Below are positions 1 through 11,431 of a stretch of DNA of 64,000 nucleotides, piece by piece. Position 1 is the first letter of the stretch, and each line of letters opens with the position of its first letter. Origin of the DNA: Anthoceros angustus (taxonomy: Eukaryota > Plantae > Anthocerotophyta); assembly GCA_010909165.1 (NCBI GenBank), contig MU008193.1, positions 1 to 64,000 of the forward strand, written 5' to 3'. The translations under genes were made by a program, and so were the position numbers. Below the pieces are notes generated by a model. The model saw nothing but the letters and a program-made list of their open reading frames with translations, was not told the origin of the DNA and searched no databases.

Positions 1-34
1 TAGACCACATTAATCCAGTTGGTCCACAGGGCAA

Positions 35-76
35 AATGCAACACATATTGCTAGAGCTTGTGTATGATTCTCATCA
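35..76 (+). repeat. 3' end of the A1 5' LTR
   Basis: Matches 6840-6877 and ends in ...tctcatCA directly before the PBS. Confidence 0.85.
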
Positions 77-87
77 TGGTATCGAGC
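77..87 (+). promoter_or_regulatory. Primer-binding site (tRNA-iMet type) of A1
   Basis: tggtatcgagc is the canonical TGGTATCAGAGC lacking one A. Confidence 0.85.
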
Positions 88-846
88 ACACTTGCTCTTT
101 GTTTGCTTGCATCCTCATGCATCTAAGTAGCTTATCTAGGAGACACTTTCTAATCTAGCATTTGCCTAGATGGATTGTGTTTATCCTAGAATTGCTATCT
201 TTGCATGCATTCTTTTATGCTAACATTTCTCTTCTAACAATGCTTTTATGCACTAATTCTTTGTTCTTCCTCCATGGATTTGTGTTCCCTTAGAAGGAGA
301 AGGCATAGAGTTAAGAAGAGAAGTAGTCTGCAAGACAACAAGAACAAATTAGGAGCCCAACACATAGAAGCAATAGAAGACAACAAGCTATAGAGGAGAG
401 AGAAACCTCCTCTTGTATAGCAAACTTCATTGCATCTATTTTAATTTCTAAACCGGATCAAGGAAGTTTATCAAGCTAGCTAGACGTGATTTGCTAGAAG
501 TTTTAGTCCAATTCACGTCAAGGCATTAGAATTAGCTCCAACATATCCCAAATTTGAATGCCGGTATTAGTACTCCTTTATCTTCTAGTCGCAAGACAAA
601 ATAGCATAGAAACTCTTAGATTTCAAGAAATTGATAGTCAATTAGCAACTCTTAGAATCCAACTTTGATCTTAAGGGAGAATTATCTGAATTAAGGACAA
701 AATTGTCTATTCTCTCTAAGGTTGATAATGCAGAGATTTGAGAGCATGCTATCATCATCCGAATCGGACTATGATGCAAGAGAAGAGTTTCGTGCAATAG
801 AGAAGATGAGAGTCTGATCGAGGCCTAGTCCTCTAAATCACCTACA

Positions 847-3800
847 ATGGCTGGAGTGATCAATAATGAAGAACAAAGCTCCTAATTTATTATTGGGTAA
901 TGATAATGCTAACACTTCATTGCATTATCATTATGGTGACAGCTTCAAAGAGAAAGATAGATTCAATGGAAGGGATTATGACATCCGGTCATTGAGAATG
1001 CGAGGAGCTTTGCGGCAAAGAGACCTTTGGGGCATCCGATGGATCAATTCCAAGGCCACGCCCGATTTGAACGTGAACTTCAACCTTCCGGGACGCCAGG
1101 ACTAGAAGGCACAAGATTTATTGGTCATGGACTTTCTCAACATATGGTGAGACATGTCGCACACGCAAAGACCTCCAAGGATATGTGGACTCACCTTGCT
1201 CAATTATATTCATCTCGAGATGTAATGAGTATTGTTGCACACGTAACTTCCGCAACCTCTCAATGAAGGAGTCCGACACCATCGAACATCATGTTAATGC
1301 ATTTCGATTGCACGATCCCATTTGGAATCTTCAAGGCGTACCTATCTAGATGGAGGCTTACGTCATTCTCTTATCTTCATTGCCACCTTCTTATAGGGCT
1401 TTCATTACAACTCAAAATGCGAATTCGCAATGTCGAAAAGCAGATGAAGATCCAAATGAAGAGCATCGAGCCCGAACTTATTGGAGCATTGCTACAGGAG
1501 GAGGCAAGCGACGTCATCATCACTCAGCCAACAAGCAGTGGTGATGTATTCACAAAGGGGTAGAGGAAGAGGACGAGGCGAGGCCGAGGTTCTACTTTCC
1601 AGACCCCATATCCCCGCACATACTTTCCATGATGGAGAGGCATCTTCTTCAACACCGCAAGAGGTAACAAGAAGATCGGGATTATATGTAATTGGTGCGT
1701 AATCCCAAATCACATGGAAAAGGATTGTCGTAAGAAGAAGAATGGGGAACCTCGCAAGGAGGCCCCACGAGCTAACATTGCAAAAGAAACAATCTTCCTC
1801 AACTCAGGTTTCACGTGTGCTTGGCTTCTTCCAAGCCCTCCAATACCTCATGGTACTTAGTGGAGCTACTTCACATATTTGTTACAACAAACTCTTTTGA
1901 GTCTTACTCACCAGTGACATCACCGTCCTCCGGAGATGATCACAACCTACCCATTGCGGTGTCGGGGCTTGTATTCAAGTGTGATTCAGTCGTTCTTCAT
2001 CTTCATCACGTCCTCCATGTTCCTTCAATGTGCAAGAATCTAGTATCATAAGTCTTTGTCAAGAACACACTAGTGATCCTTTATGAGATAGTTGTCTTCT
2101 CTCTTTCATAAGTGATAGAAACTATACAATCAGTGCACTTTAGATGATGGTCTCTATAGATTGTCAAGACAAGTGGGAGCCACCCATTCGCTAATGTTGC
2201 CATTCCAAACCATGACACCTACCCAAACCATGCTTTGGCATTGTCGCCTTGGTCATCCTAATAGTCAAAAATTAATCCAAATGTCTAAGGAGCTTTATAT
2301 AGAACCCTTGCCTTGCAAAGGTTGAACACCTACCTTGGTGCGAATCTTGTGTCCTCACTAAACGACATCAAGAGCCTTTCAAAATAAATCTCCACAAAGG
2401 GCCAAGTCACCTTTAGAGATAGTGCACACAGACATTTGTGGACCCTTGTCTACACCTCCTTTAGTGGTAGTAGATATTTTTGACCTTCACAGATGATTTC
2501 TCTGCTTTGTCTTTTCCTACATCTGAAAAACAAGAGTGATGCCTTTCACTTCTTCAAGGACTACATGAAATAGAGACTTGATCACAAACTCAAGACCTTA
2601 CGTTCCGACAATGGTGGAGAGTTTACATCATGAATTTGAGGATTTTTGTCGAGTCAAGGTATAGCTCAACAACTTCATTGTCTACACTCCTCAACAAAAT
2701 GGCGTGAGAACAAGAATCTACGCCCAAGAGATCATGTGTTGCTTATTGGTACAAGCTAAGTTATCTAAGGCTTATTGGGAGGCCCTCCTAAAGAACCTAT
2801 CTCATGAATCGATTGCCTACATCAGCAGTTCAAGGTATGACTCCATATGAAGCATTCATTGGCAAGAAGCCTTCTATTGACCACCTTCAATTTTTGGATC
2901 CCTGATGTTTTTATTCCCAAAGCATTGCGTAAGAAGTTGGATCCCAAAGCAAAAGTACACTTTCATTGGCTACAGAAGGTATCAAAGGGTACAAATTGTT
3001 CAACCCTTCTACAAGGCAACTTTTATACGCCCGAGTGTTACTTTTCATGAGTCTTACCTCTTTTCCCCAGGAGCTGATAGGCTTGGTCCTCCTCTTGATG
3101 AGACCATTGACCCTTCTTATTTTGATGATCGATTATTTCACTCCATTTCCCATTCGCTCGTGTTCCTTTAGTTGAACCTATTATGCGGAGGAGGAGGAGT
3201 TAGCATCTATTCCACAACTACAACTCAACCGCACTGATGTTGACATCCCAGGAGGGCGCTTGACACTCATGATGATGAGTTTGATGACCCTCGGAGGATG
3301 ACATTGTGGAGCCAGCAGATCCGCTGTTGATCCCGCCTCTGGATGATGCACTGCACAAAGGTACAACCTTAGATCCCGACCTACTATCTCAGGTCCTGCA
3401 GGTTGGAAGGAACCTCCTTTAGGATACCTAGCTGTTTTTGATGATCCTATACCCCCTATATCACTTTATTCTCAAGCTGTCTACAAGGCAACTATAGACC
3501 CAGAAGAACCTCTTACCTTAAAACAAGCTTTCTCTTCGAAAAAGACTTATGGAAGGTAGTCAGAGATTCCGAATATAATTCCCTAGTTAATAACTCTACA
3601 TGGAATTGGTCAAACCACCTAGGGTAGGAAGATAGTAACCAGCAAATGGGTATTCAAAATTAAAAGAAAAGGAGATGGTTCTATAGAAAGGTATAAGGCA
3701 CGCCTAGTAGAGGTTTTACACAAATTCTGGTCTAGATTACATACCTTGGGCCACTTATGCCCCAAGAGCCAAATTTGCCACACTTAATGATATTTGCCTT

Positions 3801-5003
3801 ATGTGCCCAACATGATCTTGAACTCCACATGATGGATGTTAAGACAAAGATATTTGTATGGCTACCGCAAGAGGAAATATACATGAGACAACCCGAGGGA
3901 AGTCAAAGGCAAAGAAGATTGGGTATGCCGACTCATCAAAGGTTTGTATGGCCTTAAGCAACAGCAAGAATTGGAACTTAACCATACATGTACAACTTAT
4001 TGGGAGAGGATTTAAGCAAAGCCGTGGTGATGCTTGTATGTACATCCTAATATCGCAATGATATATTTTATCTTCTACTTTATGTTGATGATGTTTTTAT
4101 GGCAACAAACTCCTCACTCTCCTAGCGAAACTAAAGCATGGCTTAGGACTCTATTTGAGATGTCCGATCTAGGAGAAATGACATATGCACTTGGTGTTAA
4201 TATTATACAAATAGAGGTAATAAGACTCTAAGTATAGTTCAAACCAAGTATATTAAGGAGAGTTTAGCTAAATTTGGACTTGAGGATGCAAAGCTGCACC
4301 CACATTTTGCAAGTGGTGTTAGGCTTACCTCATATGAGTCCCAAAACAAACAAGAAAAGCTAGAAATGTCTTCCATACCGACATGCCGCTATAACCTAAT
4401 ATATTTATGCAATTTTACGAGACGATATATCTTTTGTCCACAATTCTTGAGAGAACCACGTGAATGGATGTCCTGCGTATATTCGATACCTTAAAGGCAC
4501 TATGTACACAGGGATCGATGTTCAAGCATACACCAGCTATCAACACATTAACTCTAACGGCATATGCCGATGCCGACTATGTGACCCACACACGAAAAAT
4601 CAGATGTGGTATGTATTACTCTTAGGAGGAGCACCAATATCTGGTCAAGTAAGAAACAACCTACTATAGCTTTGTCATCCGAATCGAGTAGGTACTAACC
4701 TCGTTTCTAAAGACATAGTGTGGTCCAAAGTTAGTTTTGAGTGAACTTCACCATCCTCAACTTAAGCCTACATCTTTGTTTAGTGATAGCAGGTGCCATT
4801 GCACTTGCACGAAATCGCTTTTCATTCTAGAACTAAACATATATTGAGTATCACTACATAAGGGAAAAGTTAGAAGATCAAACCATAAATATTAGTTATG
4901 TTCAAACTTTAGACAATGCCGCGATTTATTAACAAAGTCATTGGGAATTGAGTTACATAGGAAACACATGAAATGTTTGGGTATAATGGACACAAACCTT
5001 TAA
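847..5003 (+). pseudogene. gag-pol: Copia A1 gag-pol, frameshifted
   Basis: Gag KDRFNGRDY..LRQRDLWG (~950-1035); CCHC knuckle (~1688-1730); protease WYLxxGATSHI (~1850-1880); LWHCRLGHP (~2230); integrase VHTDICGP, LRSDNGGEF, YTPQQNG; RT KWVFKIKRKGDGSIERYKARLV and YVDD (~4081); RNase H KKQPTIALS, RTKHI. Confidence 0.93.
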
Positions 5004-5031
5004 CCTAATACTCACCCTAGTAGCCTTAGAT

Positions 5032-6354
5032 TTAAGATAACCTTAAAATCTTAGCCCAAAAATTATTGTCTTACTATTTTTCTGAACATTTTTCTTCTTC
5101 TATCTCAAAATAGCTTAGGTCATCCCCGCCTTCCTCTTCATAGACGGCCAACATAGAACCTGGAATATTTATATTAAAAAAAAATAATATTTAAGCAGTA
5201 TTTATGTGATTAAAACAATAAATTCCCTTAGCACCAAAGGCACCTCAAAATATGTTTGATATGTCCTGGAAATTCCTCACATGGGAGACTTGCTATTTTT
5301 ATCATGTGGATGGTAGTTTCACATATATAGGAGTCCGGACATCTCCCCTTTTCACTTAAACCTAAGGTGAGTATGTATACTTTATTTTCCTGGTCACCTT
5401 TTGGTAGAATTCGGCTTATAATAGCCCATGTTTTTGTCTTTAATACACTTAGGGAAACAAAATGTGTTTACATCATCAGAAAATTTATGCTAGGTTATTA
5501 CCGATCCTAAAACTCATATAGAAATTAGGATGCTTAAATGGATAACCCTTATTTAATATATTGCACCTTTCTTTTCCAGCCCTTCCTTGTCATATCCTCC
5601 CCATGCCGTCTCCACCCATCGCGCAAACGCCACCACACAAGTGTCGCCTCTTATCCATCAAGGTTAGCATCCTTGTAATCCACTTGTGTCATAGCTTCTT
5701 CTTAGAAGCATAAGATGGGCAGCAATCTTTCCTACAAACACTTTTGGCGGTGGGCTTTTGGAGCATCATTCATTGAGAGGGAGGGCACGTCCTCATCACC
5801 TAGGCTGCCTCCCCTTTGGTGAGCACATCCGAATTGCTTCACAAATGAAGACATGGCGGAAATGAAGACATGGCGTGAAAATGAAGACAATCTTACACTT
5901 CGGACTTGGCTTTCCTCTTGCTGGAGCGTCCTGAGGATCCTTAGGCATCTCTCGTTCGCTTCATCCTCCGAGGATGAGGTCGATCAATGACAAATGCGGA
6001 GATTTCTTTACGAAAGGTCAGGACGAGGTCCGTGGAGGCAGACTCTTCATCACCAGCAGGGACACGATGGATGCATCAGCGTAGGGGCGCCCGTCCTTTT
6101 GTTTGGGCGCCAGGCGCCGTGAGCGCCCCTTGCTCGCAAGGACGGACGGGCGGAAGGCGCGCCTACGGCGGCGCGCCGCGCGGCGAGAGGGCGCGGGCTC
6201 GGGGACACGGCGCGATGGCGCCCACGTCGCGCCTCCCGTGATCAGCGCGCCTTGCGGTAGCCACCCTCGCCATCGCCATCACCGCACATGTACCAACCAC
6301 CAAGTTGTCGGGATCGCGTTTCGTGAAGTTTGAGGAAGAAGGGGTATTATCCAT
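5032..6354 (-). CDS. Antisense accessory gene of copia A1 (frameshifted; one or two ORFs), unknown function, Cys/His motif
   Basis: Minus-strand translation matches A2 41237-41870 at protein level (LPxGD, SYxCE, IHMIK, FPGH, CxWC, VYEExG, FEIEEE, WAKILRL*) and ends at the same stop. Candidate ATGs at 6354 and 5871/5854. Confidence 0.72.
5845..5889. repeat. Short tandem repeat (~17-18 bp, ~2.5 copies) aatgaagacatggcg...
   Basis: aatgaagacatggcgga aatgaagacatggcgtgaa aatgaagaca; each full unit contains a minus-strand gccATG. Confidence 0.8.
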
Positions 6355-6405
6355 TATCCTTTTGATTTTCCTTTTCGGAAATTAGGGTATTTTCTGGATT
6401 TTCCT

Positions 6406-6416
6406 CTATATATAAA
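6406..6416 (-). promoter_or_regulatory. Candidate TATA box for the antisense gene
   Basis: tttatatatag on the minus strand ~55 nt upstream of ATG 6354, with an accctaa telo-box-like word in between. The motif can be read on either strand. Confidence 0.4.
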
Positions 6417-6506
6417 TCCGCTTAAATACTTTTAATTAGTTTTAATTCCACCTATTTACTGAAGTTGAGTTATTAGTTTCTCATCTCAGTTCTCCTTAAG
6501 TGGGAG

Positions 6507-6877
6507 TTATTTTAATAGTGATTATTACTTTCAGTTTTTACCTTAAGTTTTACTTTATGCCTTTAAGTAAAGTTTAGTTAGGGACTAGTTTTTACTAGAC
6601 TAGTTTTTCCTAGACCTCTTTTGGTCGAAAATCACCCCTAGTTCATAGTGAGTGGGAGTGATAAAATAGCTTACTATTAGGGCACTCTTCACTAGGGCAC
6701 CTAGGACTTAATAATTAATTTAGTCCTTAGGGCTCTAGGTAGTTTCTTTTAGTAGTTATTTAATTGGTTAGTTGTTACAACCACTTATTGGTTACAACTA
6801 CCTTGCCTACATAAAGGCATGTACTTTCATTATGAATGTAATGCAACACATATTGCTAGAGCTGTATGATTCTCATC
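6507..6877 (+). repeat. A1 3' LTR (~370 bp; start approximate), preceded by PPT aagtgggag 6498-6506
   Basis: Purine tract followed by an AT-rich block whose end matches 35-76. Confidence 0.7.
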
Positions 6878-7329
6878 GCCACAAACGGCGATGAGGATGC
6901 TCTATAATGGCAAGCTAAGGATCAAAGCTTGCTCATTTTGATCCTCTATGTGGATGATATGCTAATTGTCGAACGATCGATGAGATTTCGCTTGAAGTCA
7001 AAGTTGAATGCTCATTTTGAAATGAGACGGGAGAGGCGAGCTACATACTTGGCATGCATATTCCTACAGTATATAAGCCCCGCTTATTTGTCTGACGGAA
7101 TACATTAGGTGCTTCAACGCTTCAACATGGAGAAGGGGAAGCCATTGGTACCCATTGCCTCCATATGTGAAACTTTCTGCCGGATTGCCCAAGCTCGAGG
7201 AGGACAAATGAAATGGAGAAGGTCCCATACTCATCACCGAGGGAGTTTGATGTATGCAATGATTGCTACACGCCCCACATTGCCTTTGCGTTGGAGTGGT
7301 TAGTGTTTTGCCAAACCTCGCAAGCATTG
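6878..7329 (+). pseudogene. pol: Copia B1 RT fragment
   Basis: QAKDQSLLILILYVDDML and MEKVPYSS..GSLMYAMIAT; homologous to B2 57700-58145 on the minus strand. Confidence 0.9.
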
Positions 7330-7654
7330 TGTGAACGTAAAAGTTTGGGCAACCAAATTCAAAGCCAAGAAACAAGTTTGATTTTTTTTGGCTAAGACCG
7401 ATTGAAGAGGAACATGCAGGAAAACTTCAAGATCTTGGAACTAGAGTGGAATATTGTTAGGAAGGCAAAAGGATATCCCAGAGGAAAACGGGTCAAGCGA
7501 CCCCTGCAGGCGTGAGGGCCCGAAGGTTGGTAGGTCGGGCATCACCGTAGGTCGCACACCACGCCGTAGCGAGTAAGGAGCAGATCATCATGTATCACCG
7601 GGTAGGTCGACAAATCTCGCTAAAAGGAAACTTAGAATAAAGGGGGATATCCAC

Positions 7655-7660
7655 TATATA
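7655..7660 (+). promoter_or_regulatory. Candidate TATA box for the LTR-internal (U3) ORF
   Basis: ggatatccactatatatgctca is conserved at 7646, 18120, 34057 and (minus strand, with one extra TA) ~27620-27640, ~110 nt before the coding-like region. Confidence 0.5.
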
Positions 7661-7771
7661 TGCTCATAGGGATAAATATATAAGAGTAATTAGCAAGATT
7701 AATTAGCGTAGTAGGAAAATAGGTATTATAGATCGATTAGGATTTTGGAATGATGCACAAAATCTAGGGTT

Positions 7772-10700
7772 GTGGGCGCCAGTGGCGCCCATCCAAAGGG
7801 CAAAGTGCGCTTTGGGGCGCCAACTTCCTTCGAGCTAAGGAACTCACTTCCCAAGAGATCGAGACCGGCCGAGCGCAAAAGAAGCCCGGAGGAGAAGTCA
7901 GAAGGCCATCAGCGACCAAACGAGGAAGGCGAAGGAGAAGACTGCGGAAAGGAGAAAGAGGAGGCGGAAGCACCGAGCCCAGGCACCAGAAGCTCTTCAA
8001 CCGGAAAAGAGACACATTGAAGGAGCCACACCGCAGAGAGCGCGAGTTGAGCGCTACCGGAAGAAGGTGAAGGAGAGAGAGAAGGAGGAAAATCACAACA
8101 CCTGCCTACCGGAGAAGAAATCAAGGAAGAAGGCAGCCTGAGGCTCAAGACAGGCTAACGTGTGGCCTCAGTGGGAGTGCGACAGAAAAGGAGTGTTTGG
8201 AAGTGAAGCTTGGAGCACACAACAAAATTGGGAAGTAATTCTCAGAGCGAGGGAGTAAGGAAGGTGCCATGCCTCGAGGTGGAAAAGGCAAGGGAAAGGA
8301 GCCAGCAAGGGCTCTCCTCGCGAAGAAAAGGAAAGAAAGAAAGCAGCTGGGCCCGTGGAGGTGAACTTGTGATGCCCCAATTCACTTGCTTTGCCGGGCA
8401 GCAACCCCTAGATTTGGTTGATTTTCAATGGCGGAGGAGGAGAACATCCAATCAGGATGGGTGTATGGCCGCCAATGGGCCTACACCAATTTGGAATTGA
8501 TTGAGGAGTGTTACATCAACCTCCATCAATCGGAAGCGCCGCCACGGAAGGAATGCTAGAACGGATCCTCGCTGGACCGTGAGAAGTATTCGATGTGTAT
8601 GGAAGACCGGAGGAGAGCTCCGGAATTTCTCTCTCGAAAGGTTGAATGGAGGGAAGAGGATGCCCTCCGACATCCCGCAGAGTTCCTTGACATGATGGAT
8701 GGAGGAGGAAGGCCCACGCCAAGAATGGCGGAAGACCGAGCATCAAGGAGTCAAGTGGAGGCTCTTCGCAAAGATTGTGCCGTTGGTAAATTACCAACGA
8801 CTCTTATTTCAAAGCACCAACTTCCTCCAATTTTTGTGGAAGATTTCCATGGGAGCCAAGGATTGGGGACTATCATGTATGAAGCATATACACCATCGAG
8901 AGAAGCCCTCAAGCCAAATTCGTGGATGAGGAAGGACCAAGGCCTCGCTATCTTAGCACCTATTTGGTGCATTTATGGGAAACCGAGGGACTCTCACAAG
9001 CAAGGAGCTTGAAGATGCATGGCATCCCTTTGAGGTCATCCATCTCCACCGAGGTTGGAAAAGGCCTTTGCCTTTGCATTGGAAGACGGTGGGAGGTCGA
9101 CTCCACAAAATGCTAGAGCAAGAGGAGAAGGTTCGGAGGCAACAAAGTTGCCGAGTGGGAATCCTTTCCCTGTGAGCAAGCAAGGGAAGAGCAAGAAGGC
9201 CGAAGGCCGATGGTGGTCTATGAGAGAAGGACCACAGTGAGGGGTGATGCCCAGAGTGGGGGGAGTCCCCACCATCTCCTTTGTGCCTACGAGAGGCACC
9301 CTGACACCCTAGGGGAGGCACCCAAGGGGTGGGCAGCACTCGGTAGGCCACCACCATGGTAGGTAGGCATCACAGGGGAGCAGCCACCGCTGGTAGGTGC
9401 ACCACGCCGCCAGCAAAACAGCCACGGTGGGTGGAAGGGAAGGAGAAGCATGAGGTGCCGCGAGCGCGCTCCACCATCTCCGCGCTGTGGGAGAGCGGAT
9501 GGAGCGACGAAGGCCACACAAGGCCGATGGCCCGAGAAGGCAGGAGAGCTGGAGATTTCCAAAGAAGAAGAAGGGGTGGAATTAGGACCCCTAGGAGAAT
9601 TGTGCTTGTGAAGCACTCACCGTGGATTTGAAGGCTAGAGACGCCTCCTTGTGGGCATGCCAAGAAGAAGTGAAATCTCAAGACATGGCCGGAGGAAGGC
9701 AGGACCAAATGGCAATTGGAGGCCATGGAGTCCGACAAAAGGCAGCCAAGCCGAAAAGGTCAGGAGAAGCTCCAGCGACCTATGGATCACGGAGAAGGTC
9801 TTGGAGGGAGGTTGTCAATCAAGAAAGAGCCATCCGAGCAACCACCCAACGAGACTCATGGAGATGTATATGAGGAGCATTTTGCCCAATTAGAGCAAGA
9901 GCGAAAAAAACAGAGGCTTGAAGGGAAGGTAGCGTCCAAAGAATGGACGCCAAGAAGCAGTGATGGCTACGCAAGCCATCCATCCGGACATGAAGGAAGA
10001 GTTGAGAAGAGCCCGCTTAGTTTGGAAGAGAAGCGCCCATGAAATTCAAAACCAAGAATGGAGCCGGAGCGAGAGATGCTTGGCAAGGAGGGAAGGGCTT
10101 GCTCAATAGAGGACTTGGAAGGAAAAGGTCCAGAGGAGGAGCCACAAGAAGGTGGTACATAGAATGCCGTAGTAAGGAAGAAAGGTTTTGGCAGATTATG
10201 CCCTTCGTAAAAATTGGCCACCAAGGAAGGGGAGGAGAATGTGACCTCCATGTCAAGGTGGGGAATTGACCACCTCAAGGGACGCCTACAAAGGTAGGTG
10301 TGAAGATGGAGAGTGGCCCACGGAGATTGATGATCTCCAAATGCAATATCATAGCTTGGGGCCCACCTCCACAATAGAATTTTGAAGGCCAACAATGAGA
10401 TCTTGGCCAAGAGGAGGACATTGGGTCCTCATGATGATGAAGGAGTCAGTGCAGTGAGGCCTCCGATTTTGATGAGGCCATCACGAAATGGACTCCGAGG
10501 AACTGAGGAGTCGTGAGACGAAGAGCGCCAGCGCCAAAGGTAGAAGGGCGCAGAGAGCAAGGAGGGGGGAAAGCCCACCGGGGGTCAACTACCACGGGGT
10601 GACCATTACCACGGTAGTCCGACTACCGTAGACACACCACGCCGTAGTCCCGACTACCGGTAGGGCAGCGGGCGGAGATCGGAGTCAGCCGGGGAGGCCC

Positions 10701-11431
10701 GGCCGAGGATGAAGGAGCCGGGGTCCGAGTATACCCCCGGAGGAGCAGCTGGGGTGGTGGGAGAGACAACCCCAGAGGAGACTAAGGACGGGGTCCCACC
10801 CCGAGGAAGGGGAGGGTGAAGTCTCGCCCACCTGAAGGGGAGGAGCCGGGCCGAGAGGAGACCAACGCAAAAGGCCGGAGATTAGCACATTGGTCAATGG
10901 GGAAGATTCTTTGAAGACATGCTCGATAGGTATGGACAAACCAAAGAAGGAAGGAGCAAGGAACTCACCCGAGACATCACCGATGGAGAGAAGGAGAAGA
11001 AGGAGATAGGACCGCATCACCATGGTAGGTAGTCACACCCTAGTCCGCCACTACCGCGTAGGGTGCCGATGAACGGGCGCCACCAGCGCGGATTGGAGAA
11101 AAAGGCGCTAGGTGCGGAGGGGCGCGATGGCGGAAGATACGACTTTAGGCGCCGCCCGGAGATGGAGGAAGGGGCAGATTGTACTTGCCCCACACATGGA
11201 AGGCGACAAGATCCGGGAAGGGACAAGAGCAAAGGAGGGCGAGGGAGCCAATCCTCAAGGGCCATGTCACCACCCCAAAGAGATAAAGACTAAGAATGGT
11301 CAATGACCATAAATGAGCTTTGGGGAACGGAAGGATAGGTGGTGTAGACTGACATCCTTCAAGGATGGTCTTAGGTGAAGTTACTAGAATAGAATTTACC
11401 AAGGAATAATAGATTTAGGTGCCGACATTAA
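7772..11431 (+). CDS. LTR-encoded (U3) accessory protein of family G, ~1200 codons, frameshifted; start approximate
   Basis: Peptide blocks recur in several LTR copies: MPQFTCF, GLHQFGID, NFLQFLWKISMGAKDWGTIMYEAY, YLSTYLVHLWENRGLLTSKELEDAWHP, SLWACQEEVKSQDMA, DDLQMQYHSLGAHLHNRILKANNEIL, LGEVTRIEFTK. Differences between subfamilies are synonymous or conservative. Confidence 0.75.

Larger units (their letters stand above)
35..6877 (+). mobile_element. Ty1/copia LTR retrotransposon A1 (most of the 5' LTR is not present), inserted into the RT of copia B1
   Basis: The LTR terminus aatgcaacacatattgctagagct..tgtatgattctcatc occurs at 35-76 and 6840-6877. The PBS follows the first copy. Domain order is gag-PR-INT-RT-RH. 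Confidence 0.93.

Noticed and set aside
5845-5889. CRISPR-like repeat array
   Set aside because: Only ~2.5 adjacent units with no spacers, in a eukaryotic retroelement context.
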